Shown piece after piece: positions 8,342 through 17,902 of a stretch of 64,000 nt of DNA. Each line of letters begins with the position of its first letter. Positions within the stretch are counted from its first letter, which is position 1. The notes beneath the pieces were generated by a model that worked only from the letters and a program-made list of their open reading frames with translations, did not search any database and was not told the origin of the DNA. A program made the position numbers and the translations under genes. The stretch covers positions 8,350 through 72,349 of the forward strand of contig JANXMZ010000055.1 of NCBI GenBank assembly GCA_025354385.1. Reading direction: 5' to 3'. The stretch comes from Bacteroidota bacterium. Its GTDB lineage: Bacteria; Bacteroidota; Bacteroidia; NS11-12g; UBA955.

Positions 8342-11300
8342 TTAAACTCGGTAATATTTATTTGTAAAAACTTTCCAGGCTGGTTGGGGTCATTAATAAA
8401 CCAAGCTGGGTCTCCATTTCGGTCTCTCCCTAATTTTGCACCTGGAATTGGCGGTATCATGGAATTAGTATTTTTGTTTTCTGAAATTTTTGGCGCATAG
8501 AAACCTCCTTCAATGAGTGCCTGAATTGATTTCCTGAAGGCGTCTATAATTTGATTAATTTCATTATCGGTATGAGCCTCTGTAATGAAACATGGGAATC
8601 CATCCCAAATATGTATTCCTTCAAGTCTTAAAGCAGAAAATAATAGTTCACTATAAGGTATTTCTTCTTTGTATTTTATTTTCCATAATGATCCATATTG
8701 AGCTGCATAAATTGGTAAACCATGTTTATTAAATTCTTCATTGAGGTTATTGGCCAAATAATTGGTTTTTTGGGTAATGCCTTCTTGCAATGCAGTTCCT
8801 TTAGATTTCATATAGCTTAATGAAGCCTTTGCAGCAGCCAAAGCTAAGGGATGCCTCACAAAAGTTCCAGCAAAATAGGTAACCCCAATTTCTGGATAAG
8901 ATTCATCACCATATTGCCAAAATCCTCCATCTAACGCATCCATAAATTCTTTCTTTCCTGCGATAGCACCAATTGGAATACCAGCACCCACCACCTTACC
9001 ATATGAAGCTATATCCGCCTTTATACCAAACAAGGCTTGCGCCCCACCGGGATGCATTCTAAATCCGGTAATTACTTCATCAAATATTAATGCCGTTCCT
9101 GAATTCAGCGTAATTTTCCGTACTTCTTTTAAGAAATCAATAGGAGTAAACTCTGGACGCCTACTTTGAACAGGTTCTACCAACACAGCAGCTAATTCAT
9201 GAGCTCTTTCTTTGATAATATTTAAACTTTCTTCTGTTCCATAGTCCAGAATAAGCATATTCTGAACAGCTTCTTGCATAATACCTGGAGCTGCCGGAAA
9301 TGATTTAAGTTTTTTCGTGCCTCTTACAATTACTTCATCAACAATGCCATGGTATGAACCATTAAAGGCAACTATCAGTGATCTTCCAGTTACCGTTCTG
9401 GCTATTCTCATGGTTCCTAATACAGCCTCAGAGCCGGTGCTACAAAGTGCGGACCTATCATGGCCAGTTAAATCGCAAATAAGCGAACAAACTTCACCTG
9501 CCAATTCATGCTGTGGTCCAACCTCATAGCCATTTTCTATTTGATTAAGCAACGCCTTTTTAATAATTTCTGGCTGATGACCTAACATGGAAGAGCCAAA
9601 ACCGTTTAAAGCATCAATATACTCGTTGCCATCAATATCCCACAAACGGGAACCTTTTGATTTATTGACAACCAAAGGATATACAATTTCTTTCGTTAAA
9701 GGTTTAAAGCCCGACACAACCCTTGGATCAGACATCGTACTTCTATTCTTTTGAGCGTATTGCTTACTAAGTTTCGTTTTATCATTGTACTTAACAGTAA
9801 ATTCTTTTAGAAAGGCAGATTGTTTTTCGGTTAGTTCTTCTTTTTGTTTTTCAATTCTTGCGGTTGCTCCAAAAGGTTTGCTAATTTCAGCGGCTTCTTC
9901 AGGACTTAAGTCCGACAAAACTTTAGCACTATTTACATTTACTGGATGACTTTGAGAATTTAAAATATTTCCTGTTGTGGAATTATTTTGAAGCATTGCC
10001 AATTGATTCGATAGCATTTGAATCTGTTGTGCTATTAAATTTATAGGCGATTCATTAACTGGTCCATTTGTTTGAACAGGGGCAATGACATTGGTATTAT
10101 AATATGAATCTTGTGGCAAATTGGCATCTAAATAATCTATTAATAAGGCAGGTGTTGCATAACCTTCATTTAGTTGTCTAAATGTTATTGGCAACCCAAA
10201 CTCTTTTTTAAATGTTATTGCTACTTGTGTTAATAAAAGTGAATCAAGTCCAATTTCTAAAAAACTCATGGTTGGTGAGATGTTCTCCATTTCTAATCCA
10301 GAAGCATCCTCTAGTAATTCTTTAATCCTCTTAAACAGTGTCTGTTTTCTCATTGGTTGAATGTTTTGCTCTGAAGAATTTTCAGCATTATTTAATTCTT
10401 CAAATATAAAATTATTTTTATTGCTAATTGTATCAATATTGTCATTTAAGTTGATGTTGGGTTCAACCCAACATTTTTTTCTATCAAATGCATAGGTAGG
10501 GATATCCATTTTAAGTCGCTTTTGACCATTATAAAATGAATCCCAGTCTGGCTCTATGCCACAAAGCCACATATTGCCAAGAGCCTTTAATATAGAGTGC
10601 ATCTCAGATTTTAAATCACTCCTTTCCAGGCTGGAATAAACATTCACTTTTTTAGCGCTAATTTGTTGTTTGGCTAACGTTGAAGTAACATTCCCTGGGC
10701 CAACTTCTAAAAATAGAGCATTGTCAAATTCAGATATAGTATCAAGAGCCTCAGAAAATCGAACTGTCTTTCTCAAATGCTCCGCCCAGTAATTAACATC
10801 TGTTGCTTGTTCATCTTTTAACCAGGTTCCTGTTACTGTAGAAATAATTGGCTTTTGTGGCTTATTAAGTTTTATTGTTCCAACCATTTTTTTGAATTCA
10901 GGAACAACAGGATCCATCATTGCAGAATGAAATGCATGACTCGTTAACAATACTCGATTCGGAATTTCTAAACCATCTAATTTTTTAGAAAACATTGCAA
11001 TACTCTCGTCATTGCCAGCCACTACACAAAGTTTCTTATTGTTAATTGCTGCCAAAGAAAGGTCTGATGGCAAAATAGCATTTAATTCTACTGAATCAAG
11101 TCTAACAGATAGCATACTTCCCCCAGGCAATTGACTAACGAGTTTTCCTCGTGTCGCTACCAATTTAAGCGCATCATCTAATGAGATTACACCAGCAAAA
11201 TGAGCTGCAACAAATTCACCTATACTATGTCCAACAAAAATGGTTGGTTGAATACCCCAACTCAACCAAAGTTTAGTAAGGGCATATTCAGTAATAAAAA

Positions 11301-14300
11301 TGGCTGGCTGAGTATAATAGGTATTCTTTAATTGATCCTCTGTTTTTTGATTTTGAGATTCTGGAAATATGACCTTTCTGATATCTGTTTTTAGAAAAGG
11401 TTCGAGAATAATGGCACATTCATCAATGGCATTTCTATAAATTTCTTGATCTTTATACAATTCATATCCCATATAAAGATATTGTGCACCTTGACCTGGA
11501 TATGAGAAAATAACTTCACTTGGTAATTCTGTTAATATTTTTGAGTCTGCTCCAGAAATATTTTCCAAAATCAATTGGTTTAAAAAATCTTCAGATGAAC
11601 TAGCCAACAAGAACCTTCTATGATTAAAACTTTCTCTAAATTTATTCAATGAATAAGCCATATCCGCAATATTAGTATGGTTGTTTTTACGAATATGATT
11701 GGCCAATAGGTGTGCATATTTTTCCCTGCTTTCCAAGGATTTGGCCGACCATTTAAATAATTGAAGGCCCTTTACTTCATCAGAAAATTTAACTTTATTC
11801 TCAAATTCTTCCAAAACAACATGAACATTTGTACCTCCTACTCCAAATGAACTTACGCCTGCTATTCTTGTAAGATCAGATACCCAATTACGGTGCTTTT
11901 CATTAACATAGAATGGGCTGTTTTCGAAATCAATATGGTGATTTGCTTTGGTAAAGCCAATAGATGCGGGTATTTCTTTCTTGTACAGAGCTAAAGCTGT
12001 TTTGATTAATCCTGTAACACCTGCAGCGGCTGTTAAATGACCAATATTGCCCTTTACTGAGCCTATGGCACAATATTGATTTTTAGCCTGATTACCAAAA
12101 GCCATCCTTAAACCTTCTAATTCTATGGGGTCTCCCAAAGGAGTACCTGTACCATGTGCCTCAATGTATTGAATATCCGAAGCGGCAACTTTTGCATCTT
12201 CAAGGGCCATCACAATTGCACCTGCTTGACCCAAAGCGCTGGGAGCTGTAAAACTACCTTTACCACTTCCGTCATTATTAATACCAACACCTTTTATTAC
12301 TGCAAAAACTGTATCACCATCCTTTATAGCAGATTCCAAGTTTTTCAATAATACCACACCTGCACCATCACTAAAAACAGTTCCCGTGGCAGTATCATCA
12401 AAAGGTCTGCAATGACCATCTGAGCTAAACATAGCACCTTCCTGATAAATATGTCCACTATTAATTGGAGCTGTAATGCTAACTCCGCCTGCAATTGCAA
12501 TGTCGCAATGTCCATTTCTAATACTTTCTACAGCTTGTGTAACAGCTAATAAAGATGTAGAACATCCAGAATAAACACTCACTGCTGGCCCTTTTAAATT
12601 AAGTTGGTAGGCCGTTCTAGATGCAACATAATCCTTCTCATTTACAGACATTACCTGAAAACTACCAACTTGACTTATTAATTTTTGATTTGAATGAACA
12701 TTATTAATGTAATATGTATTGTTTCCAGAACCCGCATAGACACCTATGATTCCATCATATTTTTGTGGAACATAACCCGTCTTTTCAAGTACTTCCCATG
12801 AAATTTCCATGAATACTCTTTGCTGAGGGTCCATTAAACTGGCTAATTTTGCGTTAATGCCAAAGAAATTTGCATCAAATTTATCTGCGTCATCAATTAT
12901 GCCTCTTGCAGCTACATATTCACTATCATTCTTAATTTGAGATGGTATTGAATTATCTATTTCTTCTTTTGAAAAGAATTTAATGGTTTCTTTACCTTGT
13001 TTTAAAATTTCCCACAAAGAATCAATATCTGGGGCTCCAGGAAATTTTCCTGCCATGCCAATAATGGCGATATCTTCACTTTGATAGTTACTCTTATAAG
13101 TTGATTTTATATTAACTGATTGAGATTTTGCTGGTTCTAAAAGTTGGGATATTCCACCTATTGTAGGAAATTGATAGAGCTTTGTAATTGGCAAATAATA
13201 GTTGTATCGTATTTTTAGATTTGATACAGTTTTTTGAGCAAGTAATGAATTGCCTCCTAACTCAAAGAAATTATCATCTAACCCTATTTTATGAATTTGC
13301 AATATTTCTGTCCAAATATCTGCTATATTTTCTTCAATTCTTGAATTGGGTTTTTTGTATAAGGAATTTAATTCTGGTCGTTCAAAATCCGGCTTTGGTA
13401 ATAGTTTTCGATCTATTTTACCACTAGAGGTTTTAGGAAATTCCTCCATCCAAACAAATGCTGATGGGATCATATATTCTGGGAGTAATTTCATGAGAGA
13501 ATCTCTAACAAAACCAGTATCTTTAACTAACGAATCACTAATTAAGTATGCAACTAGCATTTTTTGACCTGGTATATCTTCTCTGGCAACTACAGCTGAT
13601 TGTTTTATACCTGTTTGTTGAGTTAATACAACTTCTATTTCTCCTAATTCAATTCTATTACCTCTAATTTTGACTTGATCATCTTTTCTTCCTAAAAATT
13701 CAATTTCGCCTTCATTATTAAAGGTTGCCAAATCACCCGTTTTATAAAGCCTTAGTATTCCTTTGTCTGGATGTTGCCAATCAATAAATTTTTCCGCAGT
13801 CAAGTTGGGTTGAAATAAATATCCTTCTGCAAGACAATCACCAGCAATACACAACTCACCTATCTCGCCAATTTCTCTGATTTTTAATTCTTCATCTAAT
13901 ATATAGATTGAAACATTTTCAATGGATTTTCCAATATTGGGCAATGCTGGCCAAGAAGTAGGTTCACCTATTAATCTCTTTTCAGTAACTACGTGGCATT
14001 CAGTAGGGCCATATTGATTATACAGCACTGCGTTATCTAAGTTTTTGAAGAACTCTACTATTTGTGGAGTAATCTTTAATTGTTCACCTGCCGTCATAAT
14101 TTCTTTAAGACTGATAGGATACTTTGAAAAAGAAACAGCCATTTCAGCCAAATACTGCAAGGCAACAAATGGAAGAAATATTCTGGCTATATTTTGATTT
14201 TCAATAATTTCAAGAACCTTGAGTGGATCTAATCTTTGTCTATCGTCAATTAACACTAAAGTTCCACCAGTAGTTAAAGTTGCAAAAATTTCTTGAAAGG

Positions 14301-14892
14301 AAACATCAAAAGTGAGTGGTGCAAATTGCAAGGTTTTTGTGCCAATACGTGAAATGGAATTTATTTTTTGCCATTCTAATAAATTTACAAGCGCCTTGTG
14401 CCGCATACAGACACCCTTTGGCTTGCCAGTAGAACCTGACGTATATAATACATATGCTAAAGACGCTTGCTTTTCAATGTTAATTTTTACCGATTCATTG
14501 TCTTTAAAAGACTTTAATCCAAGTTTATTAAATAGTTCATTATCTTCCGCTGTATGACATATTCCAAATTTAATTTGAGAATCTGAAACTATTTGCTGTA
14601 ATCTTTCTACTGGATAATTGGGGTCTAAAGGCAAATATGCCTTGTTAGATTTAAGAATCGCCAAAACCCCAATTATCATATCAATGGATCGTGTAGTACA
14701 TATACCAACAAAATCTGAATTTGAAGCTTGAATTTTTATAAGGTTAGAAAGTACTTCAGCCTTCGAATTTAATTCAGCATAGCTAATATTAATACCGTTG
14801 TAGGTGACTGCAATTTCATCCTTACAGTCATTTGCAATTTTTTCAAACAATTGATGAACTAACAACAAATTATCATTTTCATTTATAATCAT
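8338..14892 (-). CDS. Hybrid NRPS-PKS: A / PCP / KS / AT / ACP / class-III (HemL-like) aminotransferase
   Basis: 2184-aa ORF. A: LAYVLYTSGSTGKPKGV, FDVSFQE, NQYGPTECH, YKTGDLA, GRKDDQVKIRGNRIELGEIE, LPEYMIPS, SSGKIDRK. PCP: FFELGGNSL. KS: DPQQR, GCSTSL, EAHGTGT, GNIGH. AT: GHSIGE, HAFHS. ACP: LGLDSLL. PLP domain: GSEAVLG, FDEVITGFR, SYGKVVGAGIPIGA. I checked that the Cys777 codon falls at nt 12562-12564. Confidence 0.95.
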   Translation of the reverse strand: MIINENDNLLLVHQLFEKIANDCKDEIAVTYNGINISYAELNSKAEVLSNLIKIQASNSDFVGICTTRSIDMIIGVLAILKSNKAYLPLDPNYPVERLQQIVSDSQIKFGICHTAEDNELFNKLGLKSFKDNESVKINIEKQASLAYVLYTSGSTGKPKGVCMRHKALVNLLEWQKINSISRIGTKTLQFAPLTFDVSFQEIFATLTTGGTLVLIDDRQRLDPLKVLEIIENQNIARIFLPFVALQYLAEMAVSFSKYPISLKEIMTAGEQLKITPQIVEFFKNLDNAVLYNQYGPTECHVVTEKRLIGEPTSWPALPNIGKSIENVSIYILDEELKIREIGEIGELCIAGDCLAEGYLFQPNLTAEKFIDWQHPDKGILRLYKTGDLATFNNEGEIEFLGRKDDQVKIRGNRIELGEIEVVLTQQTGIKQSAVVAREDIPGQKMLVAYLISDSLVKDTGFVRDSLMKLLPEYMIPSAFVWMEEFPKTSSGKIDRKLLPKPDFERPELNSLYKKPNSRIEENIADIWTEILQIHKIGLDDNFFELGGNSLLAQKTVSNLKIRYNYYLPITKLYQFPTIGGISQLLEPAKSQSVNIKSTYKSNYQSEDIAIIGMAGKFPGAPDIDSLWEILKQGKETIKFFSKEEIDNSIPSQIKNDSEYVAARGIIDDADKFDANFFGINAKLASLMDPQQRVFMEISWEVLEKTGYVPQKYDGIIGVYAGSGNNTYYINNVHSNQKLISQVGSFQVMSVNEKDYVASRTAYQLNLKGPAVSVYSGCSTSLLAVTQAVESIRNGHCDIAIAGGVSITAPINSGHIYQEGAMFSSDGHCRPFDDTATGTVFSDGAGVVLLKNLESAIKDGDTVFAVIKGVGINNDGSGKGSFTAPSALGQAGAIVMALEDAKVAASDIQYIEAHGTGTPLGDPIELEGLRMAFGNQAKNQYCAIGSVKGNIGHLTAAAGVTGLIKTALALYKKEIPASIGFTKANHHIDFENSPFYVNEKHRNWVSDLTRIAGVSSFGVGGTNVHVVLEEFENKVKFSDEVKGLQLFKWSAKSLESREKYAHLLANHIRKNNHTNIADMAYSLNKFRESFNHRRFLLASSSEDFLNQLILENISGADSKILTELPSEVIFSYPGQGAQYLYMGYELYKDQEIYRNAIDECAIILEPFLKTDIRKVIFPESQNQKTEDQLKNTYYTQPAIFITEYALTKLWLSWGIQPTIFVGHSIGEFVAAHFAGVISLDDALKLVATRGKLVSQLPGGSMLSVRLDSVELNAILPSDLSLAAINNKKLCVVAGNDESIAMFSKKLDGLEIPNRVLLTSHAFHSAMMDPVVPEFKKMVGTIKLNKPQKPIISTVTGTWLKDEQATDVNYWAEHLRKTVRFSEALDTISEFDNALFLEVGPGNVTSTLAKQQISAKKVNVYSSLERSDLKSEMHSILKALGNMWLCGIEPDWDSFYNGQKRLKMDIPTYAFDRKKCWVEPNINLNDNIDTISNKNNFIFEELNNAENSSEQNIQPMRKQTLFKRIKELLEDASGLEMENISPTMSFLEIGLDSLLLTQVAITFKKEFGLPITFRQLNEGYATPALLIDYLDANLPQDSYYNTNVIAPVQTNGPVNESPINLIAQQIQMLSNQLAMLQNNSTTGNILNSQSHPVNVNSAKVLSDLSPEEAAEISKPFGATARIEKQKEELTEKQSAFLKEFTVKYNDKTKLSKQYAQKNRSTMSDPRVVSGFKPLTKEIVYPLVVNKSKGSRLWDIDGNEYIDALNGFGSSMLGHQPEIIKKALLNQIENGYEVGPQHELAGEVCSLICDLTGHDRSALCSTGSEAVLGTMRIARTVTGRSLIVAFNGSYHGIVDEVIVRGTKKLKSFPAAPGIMQEAVQNMLILDYGTEESLNIIKERAHELAAVLVEPVQSRRPEFTPIDFLKEVRKITLNSGTALIFDEVITGFRMHPGGAQALFGIKADIASYGKVVGAGIPIGAIAGKKEFMDALDGGFWQYGDESYPEIGVTYFAGTFVRHPLALAAAKASLSYMKSKGTALQEGITQKTNYLANNLNEEFNKHGLPIYAAQYGSLWKIKYKEEIPYSELLFSALRLEGIHIWDGFPCFITEAHTDNEINQIIDAFRKSIQALIEGGFYAPKISENKNTNSMIPPIPGAKLGRDRNGDPAWFINDPNQPGKFLQINITEFK
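8503..9720 (-). other. PLP-dependent class-III aminotransferase domain (aa ~1725-2130)
   Basis: WDIDGNEYIDALNGFGSSMLGH, CSTGSEAVLGTMRIAR, IFDEVITGFRMHPGGAQ, and ASYGKVVGAGIPIGAIAG (candidate PLP lysine 1966). The pattern matches glutamate-1-semialdehyde aminomutase-like enzymes. Confidence 0.8.
10123..10350 (-). other. ACP domain (aa ~1515-1590)
   Basis: FLEIGLDSLLLTQ with Ser1551. Confidence 0.8.
10573..11520 (-). other. Acyltransferase domain (aa ~1125-1440), malonyl-type signature
   Basis: FSYPGQGAQY, GHSIGE (Ser1223), HAFH at aa 1319-1322. Confidence 0.85.
11803..13077 (-). other. Ketosynthase domain (aa ~606-1030)
   Basis: IAIIGMAGKFPGA start, DPQQR, active-site Cys777 (GCSTSL), His913 (EAHGTGT), His952 (GNIGH). 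Confidence 0.9.
13378..14865 (-). other. Adenylation domain (aa ~10-505) of hybrid synthase
   Basis: A3-A10 core motifs as listed for the CDS. Confidence 0.85.
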
Positions 14893-14955
14893 TATTTAAA
14901 TGTTTGATTATTTGAATATTAATAGATTACAGAAATATGAAGAAGTATTAATTAC

Positions 14956-14963
14956 AAAATTAT
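14956..14963 (-). promoter_or_regulatory. Candidate Bacteroidota -7 box (TAATTTTG, TAnnTTTG consensus) upstream of NRPS/PKS operon
   Basis: Plus-strand caaaatta, which reads TAATTTTG on the minus strand. It lies ~64 nt upstream of the ATG at 14892. I saw no convincing -33 TTTG, and the motif is expected by chance roughly once per 1.5 kb in this composition. Confidence 0.25.
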
Positions 14964-15189
14964 TGCAGTAGCAATACTGCCTTAAAAAAGCAAAACAGTG
15001 TTTAATCATTTGTGTTTTAGTTATTTAAAATATAAAAGTTCGACTCGTTTTAGTGTCTAACTGTATATATTTCATTGCAATAATAACTAATTTATTAAAA
15101 AAATAAAAACTTTGAAAATAATTTTGAACTTTTTTTAAGTTATATAAGTCTTTTTTTTAGGATCTTACCCCATTAATGAGATTGATTTA

Positions 15190-15723
15190 TTAATTATTAA
15201 ATTGACATTTTAAACCCAGAAATACGACAGGTCCATTATATCTCTGATAAGTATTATTCTCATAATAGGCCCCTGTAAGGCCATAATCATAACCCAATTT
15301 GAGATTTGCAATGATTTTTTTTCCTAAATTAATTTGACCACCGATGGTTTGAATACTCGATAAATAAGTGTGATTCTTAATATTACTATGGTAAAGTGTT
15401 GGATTCAGAGAAATAGCAGGTGAATAAAAAACACCCCATTTATTTTCAAAATAACCAACTTCTGGAAATGCAATAAAACTGAGGTAATCTGCTTGTATGA
15501 TGCTTCCTTTTGATCTTTGGCTATAAAACATAGATGTTTCAATATAAAAATACTTATTCAATTTACTACCTATCGTAAAACCATATATAGGTTGAAAACT
15601 ATTGGGGTTAATTCCAATCTTATTAACACCTGTTACATATCCAATTTCTTGACTTTCTGCTAATTGAGCATTGTTTAAAAATGTTATAATTACTAGGTAA
15701 ATACGCAAATGAGATTTGATCAT
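15190..15723 (-). CDS. Small outer-membrane beta-barrel (OmpW/porin-family-like) protein
   Basis: 177 aa. N-terminal signal peptide (LVIITFLNNAQLAES). Alternating aromatic/hydrophilic beta-strand pattern. C-terminal ...FLGLKCQFNN, with an aromatic residue near the end typical of OMP barrels. Confidence 0.55.
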   Translation of the reverse strand: MIKSHLRIYLVIITFLNNAQLAESQEIGYVTGVNKIGINPNSFQPIYGFTIGSKLNKYFYIETSMFYSQRSKGSIIQADYLSFIAFPEVGYFENKWGVFYSPAISLNPTLYHSNIKNHTYLSSIQTIGGQINLGKKIIANLKLGYDYGLTGAYYENNTYQRYNGPVVFLGLKCQFNN

Positions 15724-16305
15724 CTTTCAAAATTAAGATATTACTATCTATTAAATAATAATGAATTTAATTGATTAAGTATATCCACTTAAAATTTGCT
15801 TATTATGTTTAAATTTACAAATAATTCTCACTTAAAAAATTGGAGTTGGCCCAATGTTAAGTTGTTATTAAAATATTAATAACTTTTGTTTTTAAAATAT
15901 TGACTGCCAGTTTATTGTATATTTTTTTCAAATTATTAGACATATTTTATGTTTCTAGCATTTGGTAAATAAAAAAATAGAAGTATAATTGCACAATGAT
16001 TATTAAGTATAAAATACTATGTGTATTAATACTCATTAAACTTTTAACTAAAACGAACTTTTGCATGATTACTAATACTAAAACACAAACATATGATACA
16101 CGGCTACTTGTCTTCAAAACAAATTCTTTCATTTAATAATAGCACTTATTATTTCAAAATTTTAATTCAAAACCTATTAAACGGCTTTGAATATCCCTTG
16201 TTAAATTATTCTTTAATACCAGTGAATTCCAAAAATACATCAATATTAAACTAAACAAAATAGAAACTAACAGAACTTAATTCGATCAAAACTAAAACAC
16301 AAAAC

Positions 16306-17883
16306 ATGAAAGATTCACAAAGTTTATATCTCAATAATTATATAAGGTATATAAAATTATTTTTGATAGTCGGTGACTTATTGCTCTTGAATATGTCATA
16401 TATTCTTGCATTTGTTATTCTCCATGGCAATATTGAAACACTAAACAATAAAGATTCTCAGATTTTTTTATTCGTTTCAAATATTTTTTGGCTATTTCTA
16501 CTCTATCACTTTAAAGAAACAATTTGCAGGCGTAAGCACATTGAAGAATGTCTATCCAAAACATTTAAATTAATTACTTACTTGTTTCTGTCACTAACCA
16601 CTTTCGCTGTATTATTTAAGTTAAGTAATATTTCAAGAATGGAGTTCATTGTTTTTTTTATTAATTTTACTTCAATCACATTGGTATACAGAGTTGCCTC
16701 TATAATGTTTCTAAAAAGAATTAGAAAATTAGGCAACAATTTTAGAAATGTTATTATTGTTGGTGGAGGTGAAAATGCATTTGAGATTAATAGTGCGCTA
16801 TCAAATGATTTATCGCAAGGATACAAGATTTTAGGTTTTTTTGATGATAACCCTTCTCAGGCAAAATTAAAGTCAAACTATTTAGGTTCATTGACAAATG
16901 TTGCCGACTTTGCTCTTCATAACCATGTTCATGAGATATATGTAACACTGAGAGATTTCGATAATTCTGCAATCAGACAACTCATTAATTTCTGTGAGAG
17001 AAATCTAATACGTATAAAGTTTATACCCGATTATAAGTTGTTTCAAGAGACCAATAAAGTTTCTATAGATTTTTACGGAAAAGTACCTGTTATTTCTTTA
17101 AGAATAGAGCCTTTGGAAATACCTATTAATAGGATTAAAAAGCGTTTATTCGATGTATTCTTTTCATCTGCTGTAATCATTTTTATTTTCCCTTGGCTGT
17201 TTCCAATATTAATATTCTTGGTAAAATTGAGTTCTAGAGGTCCAATTTTCTTTAGTCAAAAACGATCAGGTGAAGGAAATAAAAGTTTTTGGTGCTACAA
17301 ATTTAGAACTATGCGAGTGAATAACCAGTCTGATAGTCTGCAAGCAACTGAAAATGATTCTAGAATAACACGTGTTGGCAAATTCATGAGAAAAACAAGC
17401 CTTGATGAACTGCCTCAGTTTTTTAACGTATTAATTGGTAATATGTCTATTGTTGGTCCTAGACCTCACATGTTAAAACACACAAAAGAATATTCTGAGA
17501 TTATTGACAAATATTTAGTTAGACATTTTGCTAAGCCGGGCATTACAGGATGGGCACAAACTCATGGATACAGAGGCGAAACGAACAATATTGAAGCAAT
17601 GGAAAAACGCATAGAGCACGATATTTGGTTCATTGAAAACTGGTCTTTCCTATTGGATATTAAAATTATAATTCTAACCGTTCGTGATATGTTCAAAGGA
17701 TTATCCAGCCATTTGGAATCGCGTAAAGAAGTTGTTGAAAATGAATCTTCAATAAGGAGAAAAATACCTATGAGATTAGTGCAATCTTACACCTTATCGA
17801 GTAGTTTCAATCATAAAAAAGCATTCAGATCATTGAGAAATAACATCAATAATGCAAGGACTGAAAGAAATTTGGCTGAATGA
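16306..17883 (+). CDS. Polyprenyl-phosphate sugar phosphotransferase (WbaP/exopolysaccharide initiating transferase family)
   Basis: 525 aa. N-terminal TM helices, central Rossmann-like segment (VIIVGGGENA), KRLFDVFFSSAVIIFIFPW...SRGPIFFSQKRSGEGNKSFWCYKFRTM, DELPQFFNVLIGNMSIVGPRP, FIENWSFLLDIKII. Carries a ~65-aa basic C-terminal extension. Confidence 0.9.
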   Translation: MKDSQSLYLNNYIRYIKLFLIVGDLLLLNMSYILAFVILHGNIETLNNKDSQIFLFVSNIFWLFLLYHFKETICRRKHIEECLSKTFKLITYLFLSLTTFAVLFKLSNISRMEFIVFFINFTSITLVYRVASIMFLKRIRKLGNNFRNVIIVGGGENAFEINSALSNDLSQGYKILGFFDDNPSQAKLKSNYLGSLTNVADFALHNHVHEIYVTLRDFDNSAIRQLINFCERNLIRIKFIPDYKLFQETNKVSIDFYGKVPVISLRIEPLEIPINRIKKRLFDVFFSSAVIIFIFPWLFPILIFLVKLSSRGPIFFSQKRSGEGNKSFWCYKFRTMRVNNQSDSLQATENDSRITRVGKFMRKTSLDELPQFFNVLIGNMSIVGPRPHMLKHTKEYSEIIDKYLVRHFAKPGITGWAQTHGYRGETNNIEAMEKRIEHDIWFIENWSFLLDIKIIILTVRDMFKGLSSHLESRKEVVENESSIRRKIPMRLVQSYTLSSSFNHKKAFRSLRNNINNARTERNLAE

Positions 17884-17902
17884 TTTTAAGATAACCTCAT
17901 AC

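Noticed and set aside
3354-14557. About a dozen plus-strand ORFs of 60-118 aa inside the NRPS/PKS genes (for example 4434-4703, 5815-6171, 7371-7637, 8070-8327, 13188-13567, 14312-14557)
   Set aside because: All lie antisense to long ORFs with unmistakable synthetase motifs. Their translations are low-complexity, with no motifs. They are typical shadow ORFs of AT-rich coding DNA.
14966-14981. Small hairpin GCAGTA-GCAA-TACTGC upstream of the NRPS operon, considered as a terminator for the OMP gene or as an operator
   Set aside because: The stem is only 6 bp, there is no proper U-tract on the relevant strand, and it lies ~210 nt from the OMP stop. The evidence is insufficient.
15947-16132. 61-aa ORF in the 582-bp AT-rich spacer
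   Set aside because: There is no supporting motif and the composition is simply that of the spacer. It might be a small membrane peptide, but there is no evidence for that.
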